Source: a virus (lineage: Duplodnaviria; Caudoviricetes). Taken from it: a stretch of 40,413 bases of DNA. A program made the position numbers and the translations under genes. Within the stretch, counting starts at the first letter, position 1; each line of letters opens with the position of its first letter. Of the stretch, positions 27,041-36,437 are shown one piece after another. Below the pieces are notes generated by a model, which was not told the DNA's origin, did not search any database, and saw only the letters and a program-made list of their open reading frames with translations. Location: IMG/VR virus record IMGVR_UViG_3300011441_000021, positions 1 to 40,413 of that record, one strand, 5' to 3'.

Positions 27041-27597
27041 ATCTGAAGCTTCCAGCGGCCTTGCTGGGGATTAACGAACGGCCGGTGATCGCCCTTGTGT
27101 AGAACGGCTCGAATGAGACGGCCGCGTTCCAGATCCGCGAACACCATCATATCGACGTTGTAGCCGTTGGCCTTGGCCAGCGCCTGGATGCAATTCGGCT
27201 GGATATTCCACATGCCATGATCGAGGTAGCCCTGGTGCGGCGTCTCGAATGCGATGTATCCGCCGGGCTTGGTCAATTGGTGCAGCGTGCGCCAGACTTG
27301 CGCCTGATCGAACACATGCTCTCGCGTTCCGAAGTCCGTCACCAGATCGAACGGTGGGCCGGGCACCACACCCTCGATCGGCAGATTGAGGTCGTGCAAT
27401 ATGGTCGCCTTGCCGTTGCCGTCAATCGAGACATAACGACCCGCGCCCCATGAGTGATATAGCGGCTCGCAAGGCAGTTTTTTTGCTCCAAGCTTGTCGC
27501 GATAGAGTTGATCACCAAGTTCACAAACCGAAAACGGCTTGGGCAGTTTCGCGCACAGGTCGCGCAGATACTCAACAGGAACCGGCCCGATACCCAT
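27037..27597 (-). CDS. Class I SAM methyltransferase
   Basis: ELGDQ, YVSID, DLN, FDLVTDFGT.EHV, KPGG; TAATG coupling. Confidence 0.85.
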   Translation of the reverse strand: MGIGPVPVEYLRDLCAKLPKPFSVCELGDQLYRDKLGAKKLPCEPLYHSWGAGRYVSIDGNGKATILHDLNLPIEGVVPGPPFDLVTDFGTREHVFDQAQVWRTLHQLTKPGGYIAFETPHQGYLDHGMWNIQPNCIQALAKANGYNVDMMVFADLERGRLIRAVLHKGDHRPFVNPQQGRWKLQI

Positions 27598-28169
27598 TAT
27601 GACGGCTCCCCGAAAAACTTTCTTGGCCACCCGCTCATGGCTTTAACGCCATGGTGCCATTGCGTGTCGTCGCGGATGTAGTTGCGATAAATGTTGCGAA
27701 CCACTTGATGACGGAAATCCCGCGCCATCGTCTGATTTGCATAAGGCCCGCGTTCCAGCGGCATGCCGCACAAAATGAATTCCTCGAACCCAATCATTTC
27801 GGCCATCTTGCGGGCCGCCCAAACCGAGGTTCCGACGCCCTTGGCTTCCGGCCACCAATGATCGACGTAGGGGTATTTTTTTGAAAACTCAGAAGCCTTG
27901 GCAAGCGACGTGGAGCCGTGGACCATACATCCGGATCCAAAGCTCTCACGCTGTTGACGCGCCCACACGCCGAGCTTGTTTGGCCCGTGATGCGAAGAAA
28001 ACAACGCCAGCGCCTTGGTGAAGGCCGCCGCGCCATTGACCACGATAACCGGCGCATCGGGACGCAACGCCCGCGCCTTCGCAAAATCCTCTTGGAGCGT
28101 CCACGCAAAACCACAAACGAGGACGGCCCCGGCGTGCCGGTGAGGGTACGCCGGGGCCGCCTGCCACAC
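27597..28169 (-). CDS. DUF115/Maf/sialyltransferase-like Rossmann protein (putative sugar transferase)
   Basis: VLVCG, IVVN, GTS..AA, GF...ILCG.P, SGW motif set. Confidence 0.65.
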   Translation of the reverse strand: MWQAAPAYPHRHAGAVLVCGFAWTLQEDFAKARALRPDAPVIVVNGAAAFTKALALFSSHHGPNKLGVWARQQRESFGSGCMVHGSTSLAKASEFSKKYPYVDHWWPEAKGVGTSVWAARKMAEMIGFEEFILCGMPLERGPYANQTMARDFRHQVVRNIYRNYIRDDTQWHHGVKAMSGWPRKFFGEPS

Positions 28170-28170
28170 G

Positions 28171-28524
28171 TTAGGACGTGTAGGTCACAGTCGCAGCCAG
28201 AATGTCCTGGCTGATGTTGACGGAGGTCGAGCCGTCAACGTTGAGCACTATATGCCACGACTCATCGACCAGGGTTGCAGCCATATCCTCCTGGATCGTT
28301 CGGGTGTCATCGATCGCGCCGACGCGGATCACTCGGATCAGATCGCCAACCTTGAGGTTAGCGATAACCTCCGCATCGTTGAAGTACGCAGCCACCTCGA
28401 TGGTGGTGTCGGCATCCGCTGTGACATACGTCCACAGCGAAACGCCGTTGCCCCAATCGGCTGACCGCCAGAAATATGTTTTCTGGCCGATAACCCCAGA
28501 GGTGCTTTGCTTCTTGAAAGCCAT
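28171..28524 (-). CDS. Putative capsid decoration/cement protein
   Basis: Directly after the capsid gene with a CAGGAG RBS; WTY.T.D..AYFN..LKVGD motif. Confidence 0.75.
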   Translation of the reverse strand: MAFKKQSTSGVIGQKTYFWRSADWGNGVSLWTYVTADADTTIEVAAYFNDAEVIANLKVGDLIRVIRVGAIDDTRTIQEDMAATLVDESWHIVLNVDGSTSVNISQDILAATVTYTS

Positions 28525-28550
28525 GATGGTTTCTCCTGATGCTGGGGTTG

Positions 28551-29438
28551 TTACGAGGTCGGCAGGGCTTCGTTGTCGTCCACGGTGCAAGAAATTACAC
28601 CGTTGAGATCGATCAACGCGGCGCCGCCGCTCATCATGTGGTTGACCCAGTGCGCCGCACGATCACCATGCCAGGTAATGTCCGCCGCGACTGCGTTGCT
28701 CGTCGCGGCGTTACCCGCGAAGGCACCCGTTGCGTAGCCGAGCGCCGACTTGTGCCAGGCCAGATAGACGCAAGCGTTACCGCCCACGCCGGACAAGCCG
28801 GTATGGACTGTCCACTTGACGCCCATAAAGTCCTTGAACCTGGTGATCGGCGCACCCTCGGTGAACGGCAGGCCGTTCGGGCCGACATAATCGGCACTGG
28901 CGAACTGCTGCACACACATGGCGTAAGCCCAACCGCGCGTTGACAGCGCGCCGTAGCGCTGACCATCGTTCGGCACGTTGTTGGCGTCGAGACCTTCGAC
29001 CATGCCGATGATGCCGTTGCGGATCGCATTGGCGGAGGTAACGGTCCAGGCCGTCGAGGTCTCGGTCGTGGTGCCGAGCGCCGTGATGATCTGGTCGTCA
29101 ACCTTGCGGCCAAGAGCCTGTGCACCGCCTTGCGCAATGGCCATGCGCTCGTCGATGTTGGTCTTGGCTTCGTCGAGTTTGTCCACCCAATCGCCTGCGT
29201 AGAAATCATACAGGGTGCATTCGATTGCGGTGTGTTCCTGGTTCATCGGCGTGATGACACCGTGACGCGCTTTGGTCGTCGCGGTGCCGTTGCCGATCTT
29301 CTGGAACGTGGTGGAACGGCCGACTATGCCGTCCTTTGTTCTCACCGTAGGGCGAAGAACCGAGCCCCGGCGGTGAAAAATGATATGCACCTCCTGCTCG
29401 TATTGCCTGATAAAGGCCTCGTCGATCGTGATGCTCAT
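28551..29438 (-). CDS. Major capsid protein
   Basis: MS.TID.AFI.QY..EVH, F.KIG, DWVDKLD, ALGRKVD; follows the scaffold gene. Confidence 0.93.
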   Translation of the reverse strand: MSITIDEAFIRQYEQEVHIIFHRRGSVLRPTVRTKDGIVGRSTTFQKIGNGTATTKARHGVITPMNQEHTAIECTLYDFYAGDWVDKLDEAKTNIDERMAIAQGGAQALGRKVDDQIITALGTTTETSTAWTVTSANAIRNGIIGMVEGLDANNVPNDGQRYGALSTRGWAYAMCVQQFASADYVGPNGLPFTEGAPITRFKDFMGVKWTVHTGLSGVGGNACVYLAWHKSALGYATGAFAGNAATSNAVAADITWHGDRAAHWVNHMMSGGAALIDLNGVISCTVDDNEALPTS

Positions 29439-29443
29439 TGGGA

Positions 29444-29474
29444 TGCTCCCGTTGTTGAGCGTTTCGGGGGAGCA
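29444..29474 (-). promoter_or_regulatory. Hairpin sequestering the capsid RBS
   Basis: Minus strand TGCTCCC..GGGAGCA 7-bp stem includes the GGAG Shine-Dalgarno. Confidence 0.5.
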
Positions 29475-29647
29475 CATGCGTTGCGTAGCTGGCCGGTGAC
29501 GGGCGCAGATGGCCGCTCGAGCGGGGCTGCACGGTTGTCAGGTCAGGGGCTTGGCAAGTGGGTCTTGGTGGGTTGACCCGTTCGCGGGGGCGCGTGAGCG
29601 GTAGCCCGCTTGGATCAAGAACAATCCGCCGGATGGCGGAATTTCAG

Positions 29648-30613
29648 TTAGGCACTGCGTCCGGCCATGCCGACGATCGGCGCACTGCCATAGAGCGCGG
29701 TGTTGATCTCACCGAGCCGCTTTTGAACGGCCGGGCTCTTGTATTTCTCGGTGCCGGGCGGGTTGTCGGCCATGATCTGCTGCATTTCGGCTTGCAGGGA
29801 ACCCTTCTCGGCGGATCCAACCGCGCCGATAAATTCGCCCTCGCCCATGCGCAGGCCGACCTTGCCCATTGCCTTGATAAGCATCGGGTGGTCGCCAAGC
29901 TTGGCACCGTTGACGATGGTGGTGTTGAGGAATGTCTTGAGTTCATCGCCGCCGAACACCTCGACAGCGCGCACCGCCAGATTGACGTGCTTGGAATAGT
30001 CGGCGCCGAGTTCCTTTTTTAGGTTGGCTTCTGCGTCGGTACGAGCCTGCACCGCGACACGGTTCTGCTCGGCCAACTGGGCCTGCGCCAATTCGGTAAC
30101 GGCCTTGCTTACAGCGGTAACGGCCGCGGCCGGCACGCCGTTGGCATGAAACACCTTGGCGATCTCGCCCTGGACTTGCTTGTCCTCGTCGGTCGGTTCA
30201 CGGCCGATGTCGAATTTATATTCCTCGGGCTTCTCGGGAACGCCGATTGCCTTGTGAAACTTCGCAACGTCCTCGGGTTTGGCGTCCTTGGCCGGGACAC
30301 GGACCATCGAGCCGTTGGCCTTGCGCAGATCATAGGCGACCTTGACAGCATCAGCGGGGCTTGCGAGCCGCGATGCAAATTCCTTCTGCTCCGGGTCGGT
30401 GATCGAGGCGCGCCAATCGGCAGCGCCGGCGTCGGCCGCAGCGCCGGCACCCTTGCCAGCATCAGCGGCGGCACCATTCGCAGCCGCGCCATTGGCAGCA
30501 GCGGCCGCCGCAGCGGCATCGCCTGCAGCAGACGCACCAGAGGCCGCCCCGTCACCGGCAGCGGCCCCATTGTTCGCAGCACCACCGGCAGCGCCGGCAT
30601 CAGCTTCGGCCAT
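29648..30613 (-). CDS. Capsid scaffolding protein
   Basis: Low-complexity Ala/Gly N-terminus, DWR, G.PEKPEEY, GDHP motif. Confidence 0.88.
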   Translation of the reverse strand: MAEADAGAAGGAANNGAAAGDGAASGASAAGDAAAAAAAANGAAANGAAADAGKGAGAAADAGAADWRASITDPEQKEFASRLASPADAVKVAYDLRKANGSMVRVPAKDAKPEDVAKFHKAIGVPEKPEEYKFDIGREPTDEDKQVQGEIAKVFHANGVPAAAVTAVSKAVTELAQAQLAEQNRVAVQARTDAEANLKKELGADYSKHVNLAVRAVEVFGGDELKTFLNTTIVNGAKLGDHPMLIKAMGKVGLRMGEGEFIGAVGSAEKGSLQAEMQQIMADNPPGTEKYKSPAVQKRLGEINTALYGSAPIVGMAGRSA

Positions 30614-30618
30614 ATAAA

Positions 30619-30954
30619 TCACCCTTCTGGTATGCCCTCTGGGGGCGGAATCGCTGCGTGCTGCGAGATCAACGTGCCGATGCGGCGCGCCCAGGCTCTC
30701 GCAGCCAACAATGCGTGGTTGTTCAGGTCTTGCTCGTTGACCACCGGGCCCTCGCAAAGATCCACGATCTGCGAAAGAACGCGGCGGCCTTCCTCGGTTC
30801 CGAGCAGCACCCGGTTGAAATCCCGGTAACGATCGAGGTGCGTGTATTTGTTCCGTCCGACCTTGATCGGGCGAAGAGCCTCAATGAACGCCGCGATTTG
30901 GCTGTCCTGCTCGGGCTTTCGTCCCGCTCCTGGTCTAGCCCCGCCACGCGGCAT
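30619..30954 (-). CDS. Bbp19-like small protein with N-terminal RGGARPGAGRKP
   Basis: Between portal and scaffold; GTEEGRRVL motif. Confidence 0.75.
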   Translation of the reverse strand: MPRGGARPGAGRKPEQDSQIAAFIEALRPIKVGRNKYTHLDRYRDFNRVLLGTEEGRRVLSQIVDLCEGPVVNEQDLNNHALLAARAWARRIGTLISQHAAIPPPEGIPEG

Positions 30955-30993
30955 ACAGCCTCACTTTTTGAAAGTTTTGATTGGATCGCCCAA

Positions 30994-32676
30994 TCAAACC
31001 GCCGCGCCGTTCTGCATCTGCTCGGTGGCAACGGCATTGTTGCCGGCTTCGGTCGCGGTCTTGACGATGTCCGCGATGCCCTGGCCTTCGGCGAGCGCGC
31101 CCTGCGAGGCGACCGCCTGCTGGCGCTGCTGGCGCATCGCGGCGACATCTTCCTTGGACCGAATCCACTTATGCGGGAGATTGAAGCTCTCCGGCATATC
31201 GCGGGCGATTTCGTCGCCGTTGAAGTTGTCACCCGTCTCGGGCTGGATCGCGATGATGGGTCCAATCGACTCAAATGCCATCGCCATACCTGCAACTTCG
31301 ATCTGCCGGCGGGCCTGTTGGATCGGTGACATGAACTCGAATTTAACGTCACGGCCTGCCAGCACGTCAGGTGGAGGCTCTAGCGCCCCGGCCTTGAAAT
31401 CCCGGTTTGGCCCCGACATGATGCCAAACACCCGAGAGATAATGGCACCGATATAGTCCGGTTCCATTTGGCCCAGCGTCGGGCCTATCTGTCTGATAAA
31501 CTCCTGCTTCCGCTCGGAAACCTCGTAGGCCGTCATGTCCGGTCCCTCAACCGGAAGATTGAAAATGTTTTTCAGGAACGCCGACTCGACCATCTTGCGA
31601 TAGTCGTCCTGCATTTCGCGGCCAATCGGAATGTTGGCGCCGGCCTCCAATACACCCATCGGCTTGCCGTTGGTGGCGCGGATTGCTTCGCTGTCTATGA
31701 CCGTGAGGCCGCCGGGATAGGTCCGTACTGCTGACATAACGCCATCGGACGCAATCCACTTCGGCGGATCGACCGCCAATTGGCCGCCGACCAGAAGCGT
31801 ATGGCCCATTGCTTGAAGGGTTCGGCTGTCGGGCAACGCCATCATGCCGGCGGATCGCGGGTAGATTTGATTGGCAGCCACCTCCCAGCGCGGCACCGCT
31901 ACCGGGAATTCCTGAAACCCGTTTTCCTCGATGATTTTCTCGTCCTCAACAGACACGACACAATTGCTGAAGGGCGCGTTTTTGTTGTCATAGCTGCGCT
32001 TGTCGTAGTCACTGCGCGGCTCGATCGCCTGGACGAACTCGAATAACTTATCGCTCTGCCGGTTGGCGCTTGGCTGCGCCAAGGCCTCACGGATTTTTGG
32101 CGTTACTTTGTCCTCGCCGAACCGCTGGATAAATTGACGGGCCGTCCAGCGCCTTGTGATGTAACAGGTATCGACTTGGCCATCCGCGTTTTCATCAATG
32201 GCAACATCGCCGATGTGCAGGGACCGGAACAACAGACCATTGCGGTCCTTGTTCTCACTGATCCAGAGATAGCCCAATCCGAATGTCGCAATATCGTAAT
32301 CGACCGCGCCGGAATGCTGGATAAACCGCGCCTCTGGATTGTAGATGGCCGACCACATGCGTTTTTGCACATCGTCAAACCATAGCTTAACTTCATCGAC
32401 CTCGTTCAATTCATCATCGGTCGCCCGCATCCAGAACCACTTGGACGTTGACGGCTTCATCAACCCGTCAATCGCGGTGGCCAGCGAACGACACGCCTGG
32501 CGCGGCGTCGAATCGTAAATCTCTGCCGACGTCTCCTGGCCCGGCATCAGCGATGACGTGAAGCCGCCCCGGTTGGGCTGCATAATATCGGAAAGCTCTT
32601 GCCAAATTGGCAGCCACAAGTCGCGGCGCTGCTTGAGCGCCTTGTAGCGGTCAAGCTTGTCGAGCGCCTTGCTCAT
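30994..32676 (-). CDS. Portal (head-to-tail connector, T7 gp8/Bbp21-like)
   Basis: IYDST, KWF, FG.G, PRW, DPP, MTAYEV.ER motifs. Confidence 0.95.
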   Translation of the reverse strand: MSKALDKLDRYKALKQRRDLWLPIWQELSDIMQPNRGGFTSSLMPGQETSAEIYDSTPRQACRSLATAIDGLMKPSTSKWFWMRATDDELNEVDEVKLWFDDVQKRMWSAIYNPEARFIQHSGAVDYDIATFGLGYLWISENKDRNGLLFRSLHIGDVAIDENADGQVDTCYITRRWTARQFIQRFGEDKVTPKIREALAQPSANRQSDKLFEFVQAIEPRSDYDKRSYDNKNAPFSNCVVSVEDEKIIEENGFQEFPVAVPRWEVAANQIYPRSAGMMALPDSRTLQAMGHTLLVGGQLAVDPPKWIASDGVMSAVRTYPGGLTVIDSEAIRATNGKPMGVLEAGANIPIGREMQDDYRKMVESAFLKNIFNLPVEGPDMTAYEVSERKQEFIRQIGPTLGQMEPDYIGAIISRVFGIMSGPNRDFKAGALEPPPDVLAGRDVKFEFMSPIQQARRQIEVAGMAMAFESIGPIIAIQPETGDNFNGDEIARDMPESFNLPHKWIRSKEDVAAMRQQRQQAVASQGALAEGQGIADIVKTATEAGNNAVATEQMQNGAAV

Positions 32677-32919
32677 TCAGCCGCCGCCCAGCAGTGAGGT
32701 GCGCTGTACCGCGGCTTGGGCCGGCGCGCCCACGTCGCCAAGGCCGCCGCTGAGGATCGTGTCCTCAAGGCCGCGCTTGCGCCTCATCCTCGCGCCTTCG
32801 GCACGCTGAAGCGACACGGTTTCGCCGTCGCCGATGCGCGGCGCAGGCGGCGTGGCCTTGACTGGCGCAGCCACCGGCCGATCGTCTTTGCCGCCGAACA
32901 GATTGGACATGAAGCTCAT
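32677..32919 (-). CDS. Small virion protein upstream of the portal (gp7.3-like position)
   Basis: Pro-rich, RRKRG..TIL..LLGG. Confidence 0.8.
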   Translation of the reverse strand: MSFMSNLFGGKDDRPVAAPVKATPPAPRIGDGETVSLQRAEGARMRRKRGLEDTILSGGLGDVGAPAQAAVQRTSLLGGG

Positions 32920-33104
32920 CGTTGCATCCATCGGTGCGGGTTGAATTTCAAAGCGCTTTCGGCCTGGATGGGCGGCTTTGGCCGTTCGTATTGCGTGACG
33001 ACATTGCCAGCAACACGACTGGCGGCCGCGTCGCGCTCCGCGCGGTAGCGGTCCAAAGCTTCAGGCGTCCATCCGTTTTTCAAATCTTCCGGCGAGAGTT
33101 TCAA
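32916..33104 (-). CDS. Phage hypothetical protein
   Basis: Coupled at both ends; NGWT.E.L..Y..ER. Confidence 0.7.
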   Translation of the reverse strand: MKLSPEDLKNGWTPEALDRYRAERDAAASRVAGNVVTQYERPKPPIQAESALKFNPHRWMQR

Positions 33105-33553
33105 TGCAGTGCGCCGTCAACGGACTGCCGCAGCGCGCGCATCGCCATTGCCGGCCCAAGTTCCTCAATGATCTCGTCGCAGATTTCATCGGGCAGGATA
33201 TTGCCCGTCCGCTTGGCGTGAGCCCGGCGGGTGATGGTTCGCAGCCGTTCTAAATCCGTTGAACTCAATTCCGTGAGGAACGACGCTGCAACCACCGCCG
33301 GCACTATGCCCAGCACTTCAGCCTCTACCACCAGAAGGCGCACATCAGGGCCTTGGATATTGTCCGGCACGGGAGGCACACGATCGTCGCCCGGCCGCAT
33401 CACCGCAAACCGCAATGGCGAAAGTTTCAGCGTGCCGCCATCGAATGATCGCTCCATGATATATTTGCAGTCGTGCTTCCACTGGCGAACGTGTTCAATA
33501 GTTTCATCGCCATTAAGCCAGATTGCCAGTTCCAGTGTTTCGCCAAGTTTCAT
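33101..33553 (-). CDS. Phage hypothetical protein
   Basis: ATGA overlap with terL. Confidence 0.75.
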   Translation of the reverse strand: MKLGETLELAIWLNGDETIEHVRQWKHDCKYIMERSFDGGTLKLSPLRFAVMRPGDDRVPPVPDNIQGPDVRLLVVEAEVLGIVPAVVAASFLTELSSTDLERLRTITRRAHAKRTGNILPDEICDEIIEELGPAMAMRALRQSVDGALH

Positions 33554-34875
33554 CGTGCGAGCGCTCCCGCATGAGGCCGGTAGCTGCCGGCGCTTTCGAT
33601 CACGATCGGCCGTGGCCTGTCGCCGCGCGCCACAGCCGGAAATATCTCGGTCAGGCCCCACACCATTGCGTCAGCGCGATCCGGTGAACGATCACCCATG
33701 TATCCGGCTGTAGTGAAGGAACAGAGTTGATCTTCAAGCTTGGCGAAGTATCCCGACATGCAAACTTTGTTCTGATCGAACAGCACGGCGATCGGTTCGG
33801 CTCGAACGGCCTTGCCGCGGGAAGCCCTCACCTCACGGAACGGCGTGCGAGGCCGCGCCGTGCGCAGCACCTCCTGCACCATCGCACCGCCGTAATTGAT
33901 CTCAGCTACAACGCAATCGGCCATATGGCGGTCGAACGCGGTCGCGACGATCGTTCCCCATTGTTGCGGGGAGAAGCGGCCGGATAAATCCTCCAGGATA
34001 TAGCCCTTGCCATCGACGCCGAGCCCACAGACGACGATACCCACCTCATCAGATCGCTTATCTTCCTCGCCGGAACAGCCGGAAGGATCGACCGCGATGA
34101 TGACGCGCTGCATATCGGGCAATTTGCCGTCGATCACACGGCCACGGTCCAACGTCTCCATTGACCAAAGCGCGTTATCGACGGCGGCCTGAAACTCGCC
34201 GAGCAGAAAACGGCGCCGCATCCGCTCGGGCAGCGTATCCAATTCCTTGAGATAGTCCGCCGGCAGATTTTCCAGGTTGTCGCCGGGATTAAGAACCATC
34301 GCGGCGAAACGCTCTGGCTCCGCCAGTTTGGTGCGCTTGTCAGGATCTTCCTTGGCGACAAACAACCGGCACGTCCAATGCGCCTCGGACGGCGGATTGC
34401 AGTCGTAGAACGCCTTGAGGCGTAGCGGTGTTTGCTGCGCCAGCCGCGTCATCGCCATGTTGCGGGACGCGAACGGTATCTGTGAACACTCGTTTAGGAA
34501 TATGGTCGCGTACTCCTGCCCCAAAATCTTTTCGGTGCGTTCCTTGTCGTCAAGGCCACCGAACCAAATTTCAGAATTGTTGGGCAGACGATAGAACCAA
34601 TCGGACTTGTCGAGGTGGCAGTGTTCAGCCACGCCGGGAAAACACAGTTCCATGACCTTGGGCAGCGTATCGTAAACGACCGATGCCTTGATATGGTTGA
34701 ATCGGTATCGCAGTGCGGCGTGGCGGCTTGTGTGCGCCAGCGCACGGGTAATCATCGCGCGCACAACCAAAAACGTTTTCCCGCTCCTACTGCCGCCGTA
34801 CAGCATGACATGCGTGGCCGGCGAGCCCAGCACGCGGTTGGCCACTACCTGACGTTCCGTCAGGTGAAACGTCAC
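33550..34875 (-). CDS. terL: Terminase large subunit
   Basis: Walker A GGSRSGKT, Walker B IFLNE, CNP, nuclease AVDP and DRADA. Confidence 0.95.
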   Translation of the reverse strand: MTFHLTERQVVANRVLGSPATHVMLYGGSRSGKTFLVVRAMITRALAHTSRHAALRYRFNHIKASVVYDTLPKVMELCFPGVAEHCHLDKSDWFYRLPNNSEIWFGGLDDKERTEKILGQEYATIFLNECSQIPFASRNMAMTRLAQQTPLRLKAFYDCNPPSEAHWTCRLFVAKEDPDKRTKLAEPERFAAMVLNPGDNLENLPADYLKELDTLPERMRRRFLLGEFQAAVDNALWSMETLDRGRVIDGKLPDMQRVIIAVDPSGCSGEEDKRSDEVGIVVCGLGVDGKGYILEDLSGRFSPQQWGTIVATAFDRHMADCVVAEINYGGAMVQEVLRTARPRTPFREVRASRGKAVRAEPIAVLFDQNKVCMSGYFAKLEDQLCSFTTAGYMGDRSPDRADAMVWGLTEIFPAVARGDRPRPIVIESAGSYRPHAGALAR

Positions 34876-35411
34876 AGCAGGCCCTTATCGTCCCCGGCAA
34901 TGTTGACTTGGATTGGCCCGCCGGCAGACCCGGTGTGTTCGACCCGTTCCTTGAACATGCCGAGATGCTTGCCGAGATCGACCAGGGCCGCGCGCTTGTC
35001 GCCGAGCTTGAACCTGACGGCCGTCACGTTGGCATCGGGGCGATCTTCCCCACCGTGCTCGGTTCGCGTCGTAACGTCGATCGACTGGATCGCGGCGGCC
35101 TGGTCTCGTGACAGAGCCTCGAGGACGATGCGCGGCTGGCCTTCGGGATCAATCCGAACGTAATCAAGCATGTTCGAAAATCCGACCTTGGCGAGTTCGG
35201 CCACGATAGCCTCGACCGTGACGCCGGTTCGGGCCGCAGCCTCGGTGGTGATTTCCACCACGCGGGCCTGGATTGCGGGCAATGCGGCCAAGCGCGAGGC
35301 ATTGCCGGCGTCGGGCTTGTAGCCGGCGGCAGCATAGGATCCGTTCACGCCCTGCCCCGTAGCGAGCGCCTGCGCCACGATCTCGTGTTTGGGGTTTTTG
35401 AGAACTGACAT
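34872..35411 (-). CDS. terS: Terminase small subunit
   Basis: L.NPKHE..AQ, AGY, DK.AAL..LGKHLGMF, EHTG..GGPI. Confidence 0.92.
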   Translation of the reverse strand: MSVLKNPKHEIVAQALATGQGVNGSYAAAGYKPDAGNASRLAALPAIQARVVEITTEAAARTGVTVEAIVAELAKVGFSNMLDYVRIDPEGQPRIVLEALSRDQAAAIQSIDVTTRTEHGGEDRPDANVTAVRFKLGDKRAALVDLGKHLGMFKERVEHTGSAGGPIQVNIAGDDKGLL

Positions 35412-35564
35412 TCAGACCTTTGGCATCACGAGCCGATAGCCGCGACCGTCAAGGACGACGATGCGGACACCGAGTTGTTTGATGATCTTTCGCGCCCAAG
35501 AGACATAAGTTCGGATGCACATCATCCATCCTTCCGGCTCCCTGTACCCCCACAGGCCAAAGAT
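35412..35564 (-). pseudogene. 3' half of a winged-helix (OmpR/Trans_reg_C-like) gene
   Basis: IFGLWGYREPE..IRTYVSWARK..LGVRI..GRGYRL*; stop abuts the terS ATG. Confidence 0.75.
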
Positions 35565-35826
35565 TCACCCCAAAGCTGGCAAGCTATTTGACGTTGCCAA
35601 TTGGGGCGATGGAGCGAAGGCTACATTATACGCAGCCATCATTGGTGCTACGGCAGTTATCACAGCCGCGAAGTTCGCCTCGTCCCCCAGTCAAACCACG
35701 ATAGTGCATCCCGTGATCGAGCGCGTTGTAGAGCGCGAGATTAAGAAAGACGATTTGCTGTCCACCTCATCATTGAGCCGCCCTAAAATACCCTTGCCAA
35801 GGTCTCGACCAAAAAAACACCGCTAA
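35562..35826 (+). pseudogene. 3' fragment of an IS passenger gene
   Basis: Protein-like frame with a TM segment and basic tail; no proper 5' end. Confidence 0.45.
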
Positions 35827-35907
35827 ACATTCCGGTCATCGTTCCGATCAATATTCCCACCAGAAAAGACCAAAAGTGGTCGCTAACTCGGCGTGTGACC
35901 ATTTTTT

Positions 35908-36437
35908 TCAATCCTTCGCAATCAGCATCTTGTATGGCAGCGGACCGTCAACGCGTGTCAGGAACTCCGCGATGCGGTTGCAATCAGCAACGCCACGGCG
36001 ATTGTAGCGCCACGTAATCTCGGCCAGATACTTGTCCAAATGTTTGGCTGACACCCAGTGGTGAACGAGCGCGTCCGCGCCGCATGCCGCAGGCGATGCA
36101 ACATGAACCAGCCGGTCTTTTGGGTAACACCCAAGTCCCGCGCGATCTGCGTTGAGGCGATGCCCTTGCGATGGCTGGTAATCAGCCAAATTGCCGCCAG
36201 CCATTTGCGGACCGGAATTTTGCTGTCCTCAAAGATCGTCCCGACGCGGATCGAAAACGCCGTCCGGCACTGAGCGCATTTCCATTTCCTGCCGCCCTTC
36301 AGGCCGTAGATTTCAGGGTGGCCGCAGTAAGGACAATATTCCCCATTTGCCCACCGGATTGCCTTAAAATAGCGGATCGCCGCACCCTCATCGGGGATCG
36401 CGGCGAACAAGTCGTACAGACTCAAAAATTCCTTCAT
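35908..36437 (-). pseudogene. IS1595 (ISXO2-like) transposase with the DDE core deleted
   Basis: CPYCG..C..C zinc ribbon, GTIFEDS, QKTGWFMLHRLR, then an out-of-frame jump at ~36065 to HHWVSAKHL.KYL.E..WRYN. Confidence 0.9.

Noticed and set aside
23586-28169. GT cluster as O-antigen conversion or DNA hypermodification locus
   Set aside because: Disfavoured but not excluded: no membrane GtrA/B-type or base-hydroxylase genes in the window, and the cluster is coupled to late structural genes.
30420-30613. GCA/GCC-rich repetitive tract
   Set aside because: Ordinary low-complexity scaffold N-terminus.
34480-34510. TerL Walker B reads IFLNE rather than hhhhDE
   Set aside because: The catalytic Glu is retained and the rest of the gene is intact; probably a family variant rather than inactivation.
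8563-35163. Many long plus-strand ORFs (e.g. 9653..10438, 20959..21759, 24350..25126)
   Set aside because: Antisense shadows of GC-rich minus-strand genes with no recognisable motifs.
35503-35514. ACATAAGTTCGG resembling the IS1595 end
   Set aside because: Same orientation as the real end rather than inverted, and it lies inside the winged-helix coding remnant.
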